The translations under genes were made by a program, and so were the position numbers. This document shows positions 37,901 through 52,900 of a DNA stretch of 64,000 bases, in pieces. Under the pieces are notes generated by a model. The model ran no database searches and was not told where the DNA came from. It saw only the letters and a list, made by a program, of their open reading frames with translations. Each line of letters opens with the position of its first letter. Within the stretch, counting starts at the first letter, position 1. Source of the stretch: Tubiluchus corallicola (taxonomy: Eukaryota > Animalia > Priapulida); the NCBI GenBank assembly GCA_030141605.1, contig JAQGDQ010000295.1:124001-188000 (forward strand), read 5' to 3'.

Positions 37901-40900
37901 ATAAATGCTACACCAAACAGAGTTTATTGGTACATCCCAAAAATACTTACAAAACCTATGATCCAGGGGCATAGCCAGGTTTTAAAGTTAGGGGTGGCAC
38001 ACACATAAAAAGGCACCGTGACACGTGCCAAACAATTTTAACGCGCTGATTATGCATGTTAATTTTGTATTTAAAATCAAAACAAGAGGAAGATACAGTT
38101 TTAAACGAAGTACATAATTGTTATTAAGTACAATATTGTACAATAATATTACACTAAGTTCATAAATCTCAAAACATATAAGAACGTGTGTTTTTTAATT
38201 GCTTTAACTTATACGTAAAATAAAACAAAAAGGAAGCAATGTGAAAAATGTATCGTGACGGAACTACAACAGTCTCTTTCGCCGTTCATTTTAGCAAAGT
38301 AATTTATAACTTTATTATAATCCAGCTCAGTAGCCAACTCACTTTCAAAGGAAAGAGCAAAGCTAACCCAGACAATCTCAGTGTAGAACAAAGATAAGAC
38401 TATCTACAAAAGGATCGTTTGGCATGTGAACTAAAGAGTTTAAACTTGTTGAATAGGCTGCTAATTTTGATAAATGTGTTAGGGAGAGTGTTTGCTCCCT
38501 TTGCTCCCCTATTAGCTATGCCACTGCTATAATCTATAGAATCTATAAAAAAGCTTGTTGCTTAAGTTGCAGGAATGCGATATTACTTTTGTTCAGCTTT
38601 GCTTTGTTATCCTTCTCCTGCTGCAATATAAGATTTCTCTGGAGCATTACTTTTTAATAACAGAAGTTGAAACTAGTAGACAAAGTATAATGGAATGTCG
38701 TACGTGTTTAGAGTCTTAGCAAATGTGTTGAAATAACTTTCTTTGCCTTAATCTTTTTGTCTTTTTTTTACTAGTGGTATACTCGACAAAGATGGAGACT
38801 CACACAGCAACAGTTCTGTTGATGGCGAACTTTATTTTCGACCGGAAGTAGTCGCTCATTCAGGGAAAGCATTTGTTTATTTCTACAGTGATGCTGGCTA
38901 CGTATTAACTGGTTTCAACATAAGTTACAGGTGCGTTTAAAAAGTGGTAGCTATTGCTTCTCATGTGCATACTTGCTGTGACACACATTTCTGCTTTCAA
39001 ATGAAGACGCTTTTAAAGGGAAACCAGACCCAAGCTTAAACTGTAGATCAAAACAATGTACTCTTTAAAATATTGAAAAGGAACATACTATTTTTTCAGG
39101 ACTGACTTACGTGAAAAAATTATTACAACATGAACGCACTTTCGCGTTCGCGCAGCTAGCTCGTCAGTGTTACATGCATTTCGTCATTCGTTAGTTAGAC
39201 GGGCACTAGCGCTTGCATTTCAGAAATGCTTTGCACAGTTCTGCAGTTGCTCTGCCTCTCTCTTCAGAAGTGTTTGGTTGTGATGTAGTACGCACAAGTT
39301 CAAGAGGTCATGCTTGAGCACAACGATAAACTTGAAATTTGAATTTTTATCTTAGAATTTGAGTTTTAATATCTCGTACAGTAGCACTTTTCTTCACTTT
39401 TCACTTTCGCAAACATGTGCAACACGTTTGTTTGTGCTGTTGAAATTATGTTCAGTTGTGCTGTCATCACTAGTTTGGCTCTCCCGCTTAAGTAAGTTTT
39501 TAATCTGTTATTTGATTTTCAGAAATGGTTTTGCAGTATTGTTGGTGTTAAAAGGTTTTACCTCACTTCACTAAGGATGTGAAAAATCATGTTGTTTTCC
39601 TTTAATTCTAATGTTTTTGAAACAGCGCTATGCTGATGTTAGTGTTTATCATTAAAAATCCTTTACAATTTTTGTGTTATAACTTTTACACCATTTTTGT
39701 GCAGACAACACAGGTCCTGCTTTAGTAGCTATGAGTGTGCTTGTCTTATTATGTCTCTATTTATGAATATGAAGTGTTAAATTGCCTGTAATTTTTAGAG
39801 CCTCGTAATGAAACAATAAGATATGCCCGTCTGGCTCATTGTCCTGATTCTTTTATAGGAAATATAATGTAGCAAAATGTAAAATTTCTAATTTAGTATT
39901 TAACAATAAAAGAGAAAAAAATTACAAAGTATTTATATATAGTTCCTAGAACAGTAATTTGGTTGTTGTTCTTCACTCTAGCAGTGAATTTATGTTATAA
40001 GCTGCTGTATTTAGTGACAGAAAAGAAGAAATTTGCAAAACAGTTTCTTGTACTCATTAGAGTGGCAGCCTTGTATATTGTCAATCGTTTTCAGTCAGGA
40101 TGTACTAGTAAACAGAAGCAAAATCTTTGTCTCAAAACCTTTGCAGCATTTTCTGTATTTCAGCACTTCGTCTTGTCCTCAGCAGTGCTTAGGCAGAGGT
40201 GATTGCATCGATGGAACCTGCCATTGCAAAGAGGGGTGGTCGGGAATTGATTGCAGTCAATTCAATAATTGTCTAAACAATTGCAGCGGTCACGGTTACT
40301 GCAATGAAGATAGCTCAATTTGTGAATGTTATCCTGGTTACCATGGTGAGTCGAATAACGAGTAACAATTTTAAGCATTTTAAAAGGACAGTGTTGGTTC
40401 TTAAAAGTCACCGAAGTTGCAGAACATCACTGGAAAAATGGTGGTAAGAACTTGAATGTTCTAGTCACTCAAGAAAGTGTTCTAGTTTTAGGTATAGGTT
40501 TTTCTTGTGCAGAAAAGCAAAATTTTCTTAAAGTTACTCGTTTCCGATAAATGTTAAAGAACATTGATTATTTATTTTATTAATTACTGATTGTTGATTA
40601 TTGAATACTTGATTATTCATTGTTATTCATTACAGGTAAAGATTGTGGCACATTGGCAAATGAAGGCATTTGGTCAGTGTTGTCACCTGCACCTGGTCAC
40701 CCTTCACCGAGGTCATCGCATCAAGCTGTGGTTCAGGACAAGTATATGTGGATAGCAGGAGGGGAATCGTTCGTCTCTTCTGATTACCAGTTTCTCTCTA
40801 AGTATGTTTCACAGTCGGTGTAGTTTCAAGTATTCAGAGTTATAATAACTGAGTAAATTTAACTTGAGTGATACACATATTAAGAGTTATTTTACTTACT

Positions 40901-43900
40901 TCAATTAGCCTAATAGCTAATTAACTGAAGTAGGAGGTGGGTAAAAATTGTGGCCCAACAGTGATTTGAACCCAGAACCTTGGGCTTTCAGAACGCATGC
41001 TCTGTTTTGTTGAACTACCTGGTCAACTTAGCAGAACTGATCCTCACAAACCTATATCAGATATAAACACTTAAAGTGTTGCCAATGTTCGTGAAAACCT
41101 CTTTCTTCATAAGTAGGTTTGTTCTACTTAGATTAAGTTTGTTATTTACTTTATGTGTACTTTTAGTCAAGCAGATAAAGATAGACTGAAAGATTTACTT
41201 TCGTTAATGAAAGACCAAGTTGTAAAACATGCCTTAATAATTACCAGACGTACTATCTCAGTAATTAAGGACATACCTATAAATACTGTTGGTTGTCATT
41301 TATCGGCGGGTCTTGCCAGTTGACAGCTATCGCACGTCAGAATCATTGTTCAACGAACTTACGTATGCATTATTGTATAATTGTGGAACATATGTTGTCT
41401 GTTTGTATACTATTTGGAAAATAGCAGCTTTTGTTAAAAGAATTTTCCTTGTGAAGAAGGAGAGTACGAGTGACGATGTCATTGCTTATTTTGATTAGCT
41501 TCTAAAGGAAAACACCATTGTTGTTAAAAGTGAGTAAACTCTGGCAGTAAGATCAGCCTTTTTGTTTTCACTTGTGAACTTGTTTTTCTGTTCATTCATT
41601 TCATTTTTTCTTTTGTTTATTTTTCATTCATGTGTTGTCTTCTTTACATCAGTTGATTTTGTAATTTGCCTTCAGTTACATCTATTTCATACTTGCAGGT
41701 ACAATTTAGAAGACCATTCCTGGACAGAAGTGATTGCACAAGGGAAAGACAAACCCAAACATGGCCTATGGGGTCACAGTCTTATATATTACAAGGTAAT
41801 ACATTCACAAATCACTAATGCTAAAATCAAAAGGCACTCAAATATGCTGAAATTTCATTTACTTCAAACATTCTATACAAGGCATAATTCCCATTAAAGC
41901 TAAGGTAAGCTTAATTTTAGAGCTACGTCAGTTCACAGTACGCATTGTGAACTGGGACTTCTCTATAACTAAAACTGACATTTGTGACCGGGGTCGAATC
42001 TTGTGTGATGTTATTGGTCAAAAATCACTTCATTCTGGTGCGAAATATCGATTCACTTGCTACATTCTCTTCCAGGATCTAGATGGGAATGATCAATTAT
42101 GGTTGTTTGGTGGTAGACTAGGTGCCAGAACGGTTAACGATTTATGGAGATTTGATATAGCCAATTCTACCTGGGAGAAATACGATGATTCTTATTGGCA
42201 GGATTTTGATGTGCCCGAACCTCTTGCTGTGTTTGGCCACAGTGCTACCGTGGTTGATGACAAAATGATTGTCATATTTGGAAATAACCCTGTATATGGT
42301 TACGTTTCAACTGTACAAGAATTTGATCTGGGTATGTGCTAAAACTGACTTTTTTTTATTGAAATCAAAAAGAATATTTGTTTGGTTCTCAGTTTCAAAG
42401 TCATGGACTGCAGTCCTTTCAAGTGCTATTTTGGATTTTACCATGCACATACGTTAGGGGTAATGCACATATAACGATATCAAGATTTCGGCCGATTTCG
42501 AGGACTTTCCTATAGGATTTCGCGGACATCACAGGCATACCTACCCCTTATATTTATATCAATGTCACACCGATGTAGCTTTCTGTACATTTCATTTTTT
42601 CTCCTCCCAAGGACCGGCAACAACATTACTTGTGTTAATTAATGGGAAACCATCAGTGGATTTTACTGACATCGGCGGTGGCACCTCTAATTCACTGCAC
42701 CCTTGTAACGTTGCCTGCTGTTGGCATGCACGTGTGAAAAAAGTGTTGCGTTTTAGTGGTGTTAGCCACGTCTACCACCTATCTAAACTTGATATCATTA
42801 TATGTGGATGGTCCCTAAGGCATTATAATTGATTTTTTATACAAAGCATTTATTTCATTTACAGTTTTTAAATAAAGCACAGTAGTTGTTTTAACGCTCT
42901 AAACAGGCGTTTACGTAGCATCCTGATGCGTATGCTTTTTGGGAGGTGCGCATAGATAAAATTGGTTTATATTGTTTTCAATGCACCCATTTATGCAGCC
43001 GGTGTATGCATTATTCTTTTTCTGCAGCTATTCCTATTGATTTTTTTCTCCAGCTATTCCGCAGGTGGAAACGCATACACATCCGAATGCCACGTAAATG
43101 CCACTTAAGGCTTGAATTAAGTAGCATCTACATTGATGCTTTACAAACTGTGTACTAAGCATTTCAATGTTCTAAATTTAAAATTAGCAATGAACTTGCA
43201 AGATGTTAGGTAACAAAAGTCAAAATGCTTTATGGGACTGTGAGTTAAACTGAAAACTTATTAATGTACATTAAAGTGATAATTTAATCAGGTACAAATC
43301 GTAAAACTTTCTTTATATGACTGTCCGATATTAATTCATAGAAACGAAGGAGTGGCAACGGTCATTAGATGTAATTGGAGCATTGGTGAAAGGAACATTT
43401 GGACATTCAGCAATTTATGATGAGGTTACCGGATTCATTTACGTTTACGGTGGAGTGACGGCAGTAAGTTCTCCTCCCGAAGCTCCACACTACAAAGCTG
43501 TTCTTACGGACCAATTGCTGAGATATGATCCACGTGAGCGAAGTTGGTATGCTATTTTATTGTCACAATTTTCAAATCAGTAACTAATCATTTTATCTTA
43601 ATCATAGTACGCTGTTGCGAGTATTATGAACTTTGGTTCCTAAATTTTCTGCTGAAATTAAGCCGCGGCATAAAGCGTGTAAAAGTTGTAATAGAAGGCA
43701 TATATAAGCAGTGGCATAGTAAGTGCTTGAAGTGTCAGAAGCAAAAAACTTCTCGCGCCCTATTTTAATATTCCGATCCTTAAATTTTGTGGGTGAAGCC
43801 ACAAATTGTGCTCATATTTTGCATCCCTGAACACGGCTTTCCTTTTTTGACATAATGGGATAAAATTAAGCCCATTTTTTCTAAGACTCACTGAGTTTGA

Positions 43901-46900
43901 TGTGCATAACTGCACCAGAATAACTCTTCTATGCGTTGGTCTAGAAAAGTTACTCATAATAAAAAATTATTATACAAGGAAAAACGTTAAACACGCCATG
44001 AAGTAACAACATTTTTTCTAAGTTGATCTATATGTACTTTGTTTATTCTTGATCAAATAGTTTACAGTATTTTTTAGTTAAAATATGTTGTCAAAGAGCG
44101 CATATACATTCTCAAGATACGTTTGTGAGGTACCAGCTGAACGCAACAAGGGTAACAATCATGCTGACCAAAGTTTTTATCCTTCTTCACACTTTGCAGC
44201 TCTCATTGAAGAAATAGTATGTCAGGAATCTGTAAGCCAGTGCAGTCAGTGTTTCGCTGTTTTTCAATAAGTGGAACTGCCAATACTGAAAATGAAAATA
44301 AATTAGCTACTTACGTGAACATCATAGGTTACAGTATAAGCATCCTTTTCTTTTTTATTTGCTTGTTTGTGCTGTTGTACCTGCAGTGATTAAATTTGCA
44401 AAGTTTTGCAAGTAAAATGCAAACAAGCCGCTGTTTCTTGTTACTGCATTAGTATGCAATGACTTTGCAAATATTCCTCTTGAATTAATTATTAGATTAT
44501 GACTGTAATTGTCAGAATGTTTATAAACCATTGCAGTTTATTTTAACAATTATTACCCATTTTGGGTAAAATAAGTTTGAGAAAGAAAAGAGATGCTGAA
44601 AAATTGTTAACTAGTCGGGATTTGAACCCTAGATCTAAGATTAGTACTCCCGCGACTGAGCTACTAGTTCTACATGACAGAGCAGACCAGAGATTTCCTC
44701 CTTGTAGCTTACAATATAACAGCACCACTTGTACCCGCGACAGTAGAGGGATACTTGTGGTATCAATACTTTCCCAAATTAGCTGGCAATTAACGATATC
44801 ATTAATTAATTAGGTTATGATTAGATTATTCCGTTTGAAAACGCTAGCAAAATTTACAATTATGGTGCTACTCCAGGTGGTTCTTGGTGGCAAATGATTC
44901 TCCCAGATTCTTGCATTCGGCTGCCATTATTGACGGGATGATTCTGTTTTATGGAGGAAACACGCACAACGACAGCAGCATTAGCCGAGGAGCAAAGTGT
45001 TTCTCCTCCAACTTTTTAGCATATGACACTTGTGAGTTATTATTGTTTACCTTAGTTTATTTACGCATTGAATTTCTTTTGTACAAAAATTACAGTTCCT
45101 GTATTAAAATAGGCGATATTATATAAGAAAGAGAATACAATATTAAAACCTAGTACGGACTATAAACGTATTTAGTAAATAAGTAAATAAGTTAATACAC
45201 ATTAGTATTAGAAGTGGAGCTTTTTAGACGAATTTAAAATTAATTGCATTGACACTAAACTCCTGTATACATTTGCTTCCCACAAATTTTTATTCAGTCA
45301 CAATTCTGATTGCTCAATTTGCACACTGTTATAAAATTATGAATGACAGATTTGACTGATTTTTTTAGTTGATTTACCAATTATTAAATCGTACTTATAT
45401 CCTAAGTTCTACACATTCTTCCAAAATTTGAAATAAACATGATAATAAATATTTATAATATAAATGATAATATTGTAATATACATAAAATATTTCTTGAC
45501 TTTAACAGTCTTCTTGCGAAATTGTTCTCTGTTCCCAATATATATGAAACGGAAAAGCTTTAACAGAAAGTACTGCAGTACTTACATTGCTACGCGGGTA
45601 CTTGTTCTGAATTTTTCTATGAACACATTCCATGCGACGGACATTCTGTTTACAGCTTGTTTAGAGATTCCTGAACATAATTCAGTGCATTACAGTAAAG
45701 CAGGAAGACAGTGTGCCCTAATTAGTTTTTCTATTAACAATGGATTTGGTTAAACCTAGTTGGTGTAAATAAACCTTTAGTTTGCAGGTTCACACCTCTA
45801 CACTTGAAAATCAGTGGTAGGATACAGACAGTGGTAGGATAAGATCTCAACTAAGTGTATAGTCATGAAATAGTTCCTAGTTTACAAAAGCATAAATAAC
45901 AATGCACTCATTTCAGTGTTTATCAAAATCAAGTTCTTTCGCTTTCTATATTGTGGGATTCTTTACTAATTTTTCCAGTTGTTGCCGTTAAGAATTTTTC
46001 CACTTCTAATATGGGAAAATTTTACTATTCTACCATTTTAATATTAATTTTATCAAATTAGCGCATATTTCAACACAATTATAACGAAAAACAGATTTTT
46101 TTACCAAATGTTACCAAGGCTAAAGCCCCTTCCCCGAAGGTTGAGGGGCCCTAGCCTGCAGCCTATACTAGCCTATAGATAATCAGGTTGCAGCACTTGT
46201 GTCTGTTTGTAAGTCAATACAGGTATTTTTTCTTAGTGTGTGAGAAATGGCACTATCTGCAGGAGCCAGAGTTTGAACACATTGACGCGGCTAGATATGG
46301 TCACTCTGCCATTGCATATGCAGGGAAAATGTACATGTTTGGAGGGTTTTCTGGGATGCATCACAGCAGTTTAATTTCTTTTCATCCAGGTATGTTTGCC
46401 TTCTCTTATCTCGGGACTTTAGATTATGTCTGAGACTGTCATCCATATACAGTCACACATGACCCAGCAAATAATGTATAATATCTGCTATTTCTTGTCG
46501 CATTAATCGATGTTAAAATAGTAATTAACACTCTTCGATTACCATCCTCTACACCTAGATGGTGCTTAACATCCATTTATCACGTATAGATTGTACTAAA
46601 ATCCGATGATAAACTCAAAAAATAGGTTCATACATCCAAAACGAGTTACACATCAGCAGCTAAATAATTTGTGAGCACTCCTCGGGAACACCGGGCTAAG
46701 AAAAACTGCAGTCATAGATGTGAGAAGGGCTAAACTACTACATTTCTACTGCGGCCCTCGATCACAAATACACTCACACTGAGTTGTGTAGCATAAGGGA
46801 AACATATCTTTGTTCCTAAAACTCCAAATAAATATGGAATTTCTGTTTGACCTTTTCTTTGTGACTTATATCAGCAGTTTATATTAGAAGATATCAATGC

Positions 46901-49900
46901 CAAGAAATTTAACTTTTGGAAGGTTTTTGTTGGTACAAAGTTGCTGCATGTTAAAATGCTACGTAGGCTACCTTTTGGCACCAGTTAGGTCTTACTGCTG
47001 TTGTTGTTTTGTTTAGATTCTAATTTGTTACTTTTTTGAGCCATTTAAACGTTAAAAATTAGATTGTCTGTTTGCCGCTGTTAAATGTTAAATCAAAGTT
47101 TCATTGATTATTATTGTATGTGGTTAAGAAGCTCGTGACTAGAAAGCTGATAATGTGTTAGTACTTCTTGACATTTCGGCACACGGCAAGCCAGCGGGAA
47201 CCCAGAATCAATCAGAGCTAAACTCATGATCAAGGATAACATTCTATGGTAAGTCACTTAATCGGAAGAGGTTCTGATGCCACTTAGTCACAATCTCATG
47301 CATATGCATCCTTCCTCAAGGAGGTAAATGGCCATAATCGGTTTCGCGAATCAGAACACCCAGGATGAGTATCGAACCTAGGTTGCCACTAACACTAGGT
47401 TACCCATACACCCGAAGCAGACACACTTGACAACTTGACTATTTAGCTCGTTTCATTTAACATTTCATGTGCAACAAACGCTTAGCTTTCACATCAATAT
47501 TTGTTCTCCTTTAGGTGATTGTTCACATGATAGGGAAGAAGAGTGTGAACGGGCCACATCCGGAGTCAAATGTGTTTGGAATTCAGCAAATGATTCTTGT
47601 CTTGTCTTATCTGAAGCTTTACAAGCACTCACCATAGATGATATCGTGGAAAAATGCCCCGATCCAGGTATGATTGTTTATGTGCAGTCTTTCAAATTGT
47701 TTTAATTGCTTCAGACAAAAACTTACTTATGCATTTCTTACGATGTGTGGTAGTTTTACAGATAGACTAGTAAAGTAGTGTTTACTAGATAGACTAGTAA
47801 TTTACAAGTAGTAAAGTAAATTTTACAGAGAAGAATCAAATCATAACTGTCACAGCAAAGCTACATACTCCTTCATTAATAGAAATCAACAATAAATGAT
47901 CATTTTTCTGACTGTAAATAGGCATCATCGAAATGAAAATTGGTATAGTTCAAGAATATAAAGCAATCATGATTTAAAAAAATATACCAATCTGTTTAAT
48001 TGCAGTTGGCGTTTGTGAGCTTGTAAAAAAGTGTGGATGGAGCTTTTCACGTTCACGTTTCATTTTTGTTTTTGCAGCTCCCACATCTCACTTGTGTTGG
48101 ACGTTTTCTGGCAAGAACTGTATGAACTGCTTAGAGAGTAGTTACGACTGTGTTTGGTGTGACAACTCCTGTACTGATTTCTTTCACTGCGATAACAGAA
48201 CTGACCATATAGTAAGTAACGTCTTCGGTTTAATTTCAAAGTAAGCGTTGTTGGCTTGTATGCTAGGTAGTGCTAAATTAAAGCCCAGTTTGCATGTTAT
48301 GGGGTTATTGATTTTTCTTTCTACAATCGGTTATATTTCAATTTTGTTTTTAAGATTTTTTGTGAGACTAATAATTCCTGGTTCCTTTTAAATTTAGAAC
48401 AAAGGCTGGTAGTTAGCAACCTGACTGAAGAAAACGTTCATGTTTGTACCAGTTGGTATGGCAACATAAGGCTACAAAAGTAAAATTCATTAAGATAGGT
48501 TCACACTGGCCTTAATATAGCTACTTCACACTAAATACGTAAAGTGTTTCAATGTTTTCTAATTAACCTATTTTCTATCGTCCATTATTTTCAGCCGATG
48601 GTTAACTCGTCAGCCTGTACGTCGCAGTTCATGCGAACCTGTCGCTACGAGCACACGTGCGCGGGATGCTACGAAAATTATCCTGATAACAATTGTAAAT
48701 GGACTATGTTGGGTTGTGACGATGATGCATATCCATATGGTAAGCACTATATTTTTTATGGATATTCTGCTTTATGCCTAATGTTTAGACTAATATGGAA
48801 ATAAATGTGTTACATCTTTTGTAAATAACAAAGACCAATAATGAAATGGGTCAAAAAGCATTATTGTAAGACACTAAACAGTTAAAGGGCTTAGTGGCCG
48901 CAGTGTTTGCAACCAAGGTTGAGCAGCACTGAAGCTGGTCATAGATGGGTTAATGGATGAGTGACTGCTGGGAGTCACTCTCGGGTTTTATTCACTTGCT
49001 GATTCTGGCAGATTGCCTTATTATGAGAAGCAGGTGCACATCCGAACACGGCTGGAATGGTTCCATCGGCTCAGTGTCAGAGAATTACCTCGATAAGGAG
49101 CAAAGTTTCTGTCTTGCCACGCTGAAGATGCTTTATTGTTGAGTGTTGGATTCCCGCTTGCAGAGTGGGGAACTGCATCTAAAAGAGTATCAAAAGTAAA
49201 AATGTATAAAAAAAGGGTATATTACAATGGCATATTGTGATGGCTATGGAAAGTTTCAAACTGGTGTTTGGCAGAGTTTACTGTAATAGTTTAGTGCAAC
49301 ATACAAAAACTGAGTACTGTAATAATAAAAATAGTAATAATAATTTACTATTTGTAGAGCACATCACATTGGAGATCTGAATGCGCTTTTCAATTTACAA
49401 ATACATACTGTCATTACAAAATGAGTCATTCTTAAAATCCCAAAATTATATAAATTGTAAATAAGCGGTAAACTTATAAGATTTTAAAGTCATCGTAAAA
49501 TTGCATAATGTTCAAACAAAGCTATAATTCCTAATGTATGCAGTACAATAATATATTGTGATAATTACTATATCTACCTATGAATTAACACATGAAAGTG
49601 TCAAAAAGTATCAAATTTGTATGAATTGACAACTTTAGAAAATTGCCAGTGTAAGACTGAGTTTACTTTTAGTGCAATGGATGAAAAAATTAGTACTTTG
49701 TGAGTAGTACTCTATCTAGTTGTAAATTAGTACACTTATTTGAAAGTCTATAACTGATGTTTAATATTTTTAGGTAATGGCCAATGCAAGACTCCCTGTT
49801 CTGAGTTTACTAGTTGTGAGTTTTGTTTGAGCGATTTTGGTGAAAACTGCATGTGGTGTGAAAGCGAGCAAGCTTGCATAACAAAGAATGCTTACTTTAC

Positions 49901-52900
49901 GACGTTTGCTTATGGACAATGCTTAGAATGGCAAACTAATGCAGGCAAATGTTCAGGTACAAGAATTTATGATTTTTTTGTTTATTGCCTATTGGCTCAT
50001 CACAGTTGTAATTAATACAACAGCAGGTTTTTTTGGGCATTATGCTGTCCGATGCTGTTAATGATGTCAATGAAAGACTGACGGACGATATCAAATATTC
50101 ACGGTGCTTAAAGAAAAACCGGACCCAATCTTTAACTACCTATAAAATCTACCTTATAAAATACTGAAAGAAGACATACTATTTTTTCAAGAATGACTTT
50201 CGTAAAAGAATTATTACCACAGAAACGCAATTTTGCATTCGCGTCACTAGTTCTTCATTGTTACATACATTTCGCCATTTGCTAGTTAGAAGCCTGCTTC
50301 TTGGAAACGCGTTGCACAAAAAGCAGATGCTGTTCCTCTCGGTTCAGAAATGTTCTATTGTGATGTAGTAAACATGTTCGAGAGCTCATGCATGAGCAGT
50401 TCCAGTGGTCACTGTTGTATTCAAAATGCTGCCATTACAATTGATTTTATGAATTGTTTTTCAGAAATGAAATGCTCTGGCTTAAAAACATGCGATGCTT
50501 GTTTAAATCATCACGGGTGTGGTTGGTGCGATTCTGGTGATTTTTCCGGCCTAGGTACTTGCATGAATGGGACCTTTGATGGCCCTTTCCAGACCAGGTT
50601 TGATAATTCCACTGTGACCCAATGCTTGCCGTCAAGCTGGTACTACATAAATTGTCCAGGTAGTGTTGTTATATTATATTATCTGTGGCTAAAAGTAATT
50701 GTGCTGAAATAACTACCCTTAAGTGGTCTGGGCATGGACTGTATGGGATATAACTGGACAGGACAGGATGCGATAGAACTGGATTGGACTGGACAGGAGA
50801 GGACAGCATGGAACTAATGCAATCAGGGCTGGATTGGACTAAGCAAGACGGAACAAGATACGATTCGGGACAGGACTGAGGGAAACTGACAGGACTGGAC
50901 TTTAGATGGTTCGGTTTGCAAAGAAATCACAAATTTAGTTTGTAGCAAGTTATGAAAGCATTCATTTAAGCAGCTTGAATCTCAGCTTGATAATACTCTC
51001 TACTTATCTAGCTCTGCTCCAAAGGACATTTGCAAGAATTATATTGAGAAACATTATATTGAGGACTTAGATTATGTTGCCTTGTAATAGTATTAGCAGA
51101 GCTACTGAGTTATTTACTACGTAAAATGTGTTAGCATAGCTGCCCAGATGGCAGAAGGTCTTGGGTTCGAGTCCCAGTAGAGATCAATTTTTCAGACTTT
51201 GTAATTTACTATTGCTTTTGTACGTTATGTAATTAAGCAGTTTAAACATATTTATTTTACTACTTTTGGACTAGGCTACAAAACTGAAACAAAAATCCTC
51301 TGGCTACAGTGATAATACAAATACAATACATGACAGATGTAGTGTACAATTATCTATGCAACAATTAGACAATTAAAGGGAGAACCAACTCTCGAACAGC
51401 ATTCATTGCATTTTAATATACAATTGAAAATATTGAAATCACCAAACAATATATGCACATAGAATACTTTGCTTAAAGATGTAAAAGAAATTTAAATATC
51501 TCTTAGCTCCTGTCAAATGCATGTCTCTGCCGGCATATTTGAAAAAGAATGATGTAAGCTGGTGCCTGCTGGGTAGCGTGAATGCCGTGAGCAAGCTGTG
51601 GTGAAAGTACACGTTGCAAAATTTCTACAGTTTACTAAAAAGTTCAGTCGTTCTGGTGCTCTGTTTAACTATGTTTATGTAGAAATTAGTCATTGGATCA
51701 ATTATGATCAAATTTAAAATGGTTAGATTGCTTTAATCTGCAGGATTGTACCTTAAAATGTGTAAGTAGTATACATTTTTGTTGGCTTTCTGATATGCAT
51801 GTAAACTTGAGAGCACATAGTAGGTACTGGGCAGCTTACTTAGTTTATAGAGTTTGCCGTATAAGTCAAAAAACATTCTGAAGCACCTGGCGGGATAAGT
51901 GTTTCAATTGCACGCAAACTGGATGATGCCATTTTTCATCTAAAATGAGCGCGCCCAAGTGTGAAGTGATCGCAACTTTAAATTGATTTTACTAATTACA
52001 CGACGTGCTTATCACAATTTTATTGCCGAAACTTTCTGACATTTTTATCAAATATTAAAATAAGCTCAACTTTCGTAGAGACTTAGCTTTTGCTTTAAGT
52101 AGAACAAAAATGCGCCATTAGACCTACTACTACTTGCTATTCATTTTTAATTAGCTTAATGATGTCATAGTTCATTTCTTTTGATATTTTCAGCCTGCAA
52201 CTGCAATGGACACGGCTACTGTCCAGAAAATGAGACGTATTGTGTGAATTGTACAAATAATACTGAAGGTGATTTTTGGTATTCTTTCATGTTCTAAACT
52301 AACTTTAGACCTTTAAGTTGCTATCCACATGTAATGGATATTACGTTTTGGGCTGCTTCCGAGGACCTATCTATCTTGCATTATAATTGCGCTATCATAT
52401 GCCCCACCACCTACCTACCCCTTATGTTGATATCGATATCACATTGATGTCGCTTTTTGTACATGCATCGGCAGTGGAGGTGGTGGCAGCCCCAGTTCAC
52501 TGAACTTATTCTCATCGACCCGGTTTTCATGGAGAAATTGAAAAAATGGCAGCCTGATGGGATCAGCACAAAATGGCTGCGCGCGTGTGAAAAAAGCGTG
52601 AAGTCAGATAATGATATCATGACTAAATCACCTACTTACATTGCGTTCTAATGGCGTTATCAAGTCTCCTGGCACCTACCTACCCTAAACTTGATATCGT
52701 TATATGTGGATAGCAACTAAATATCGAGGTAGGTTATGTTGTATGCTGTGGCTAGGGTTGTACGCTTATAACTCCTTTATAATGTGCAAAAATTAAAATG
52801 ATTTTCAAATAATCAATTTCTTTAATTACTGGACTGAGATTATGGAACATTTTAATTAATGATATTAAGCTTTCAAGATCAATTATGATCTTCACCAGAA

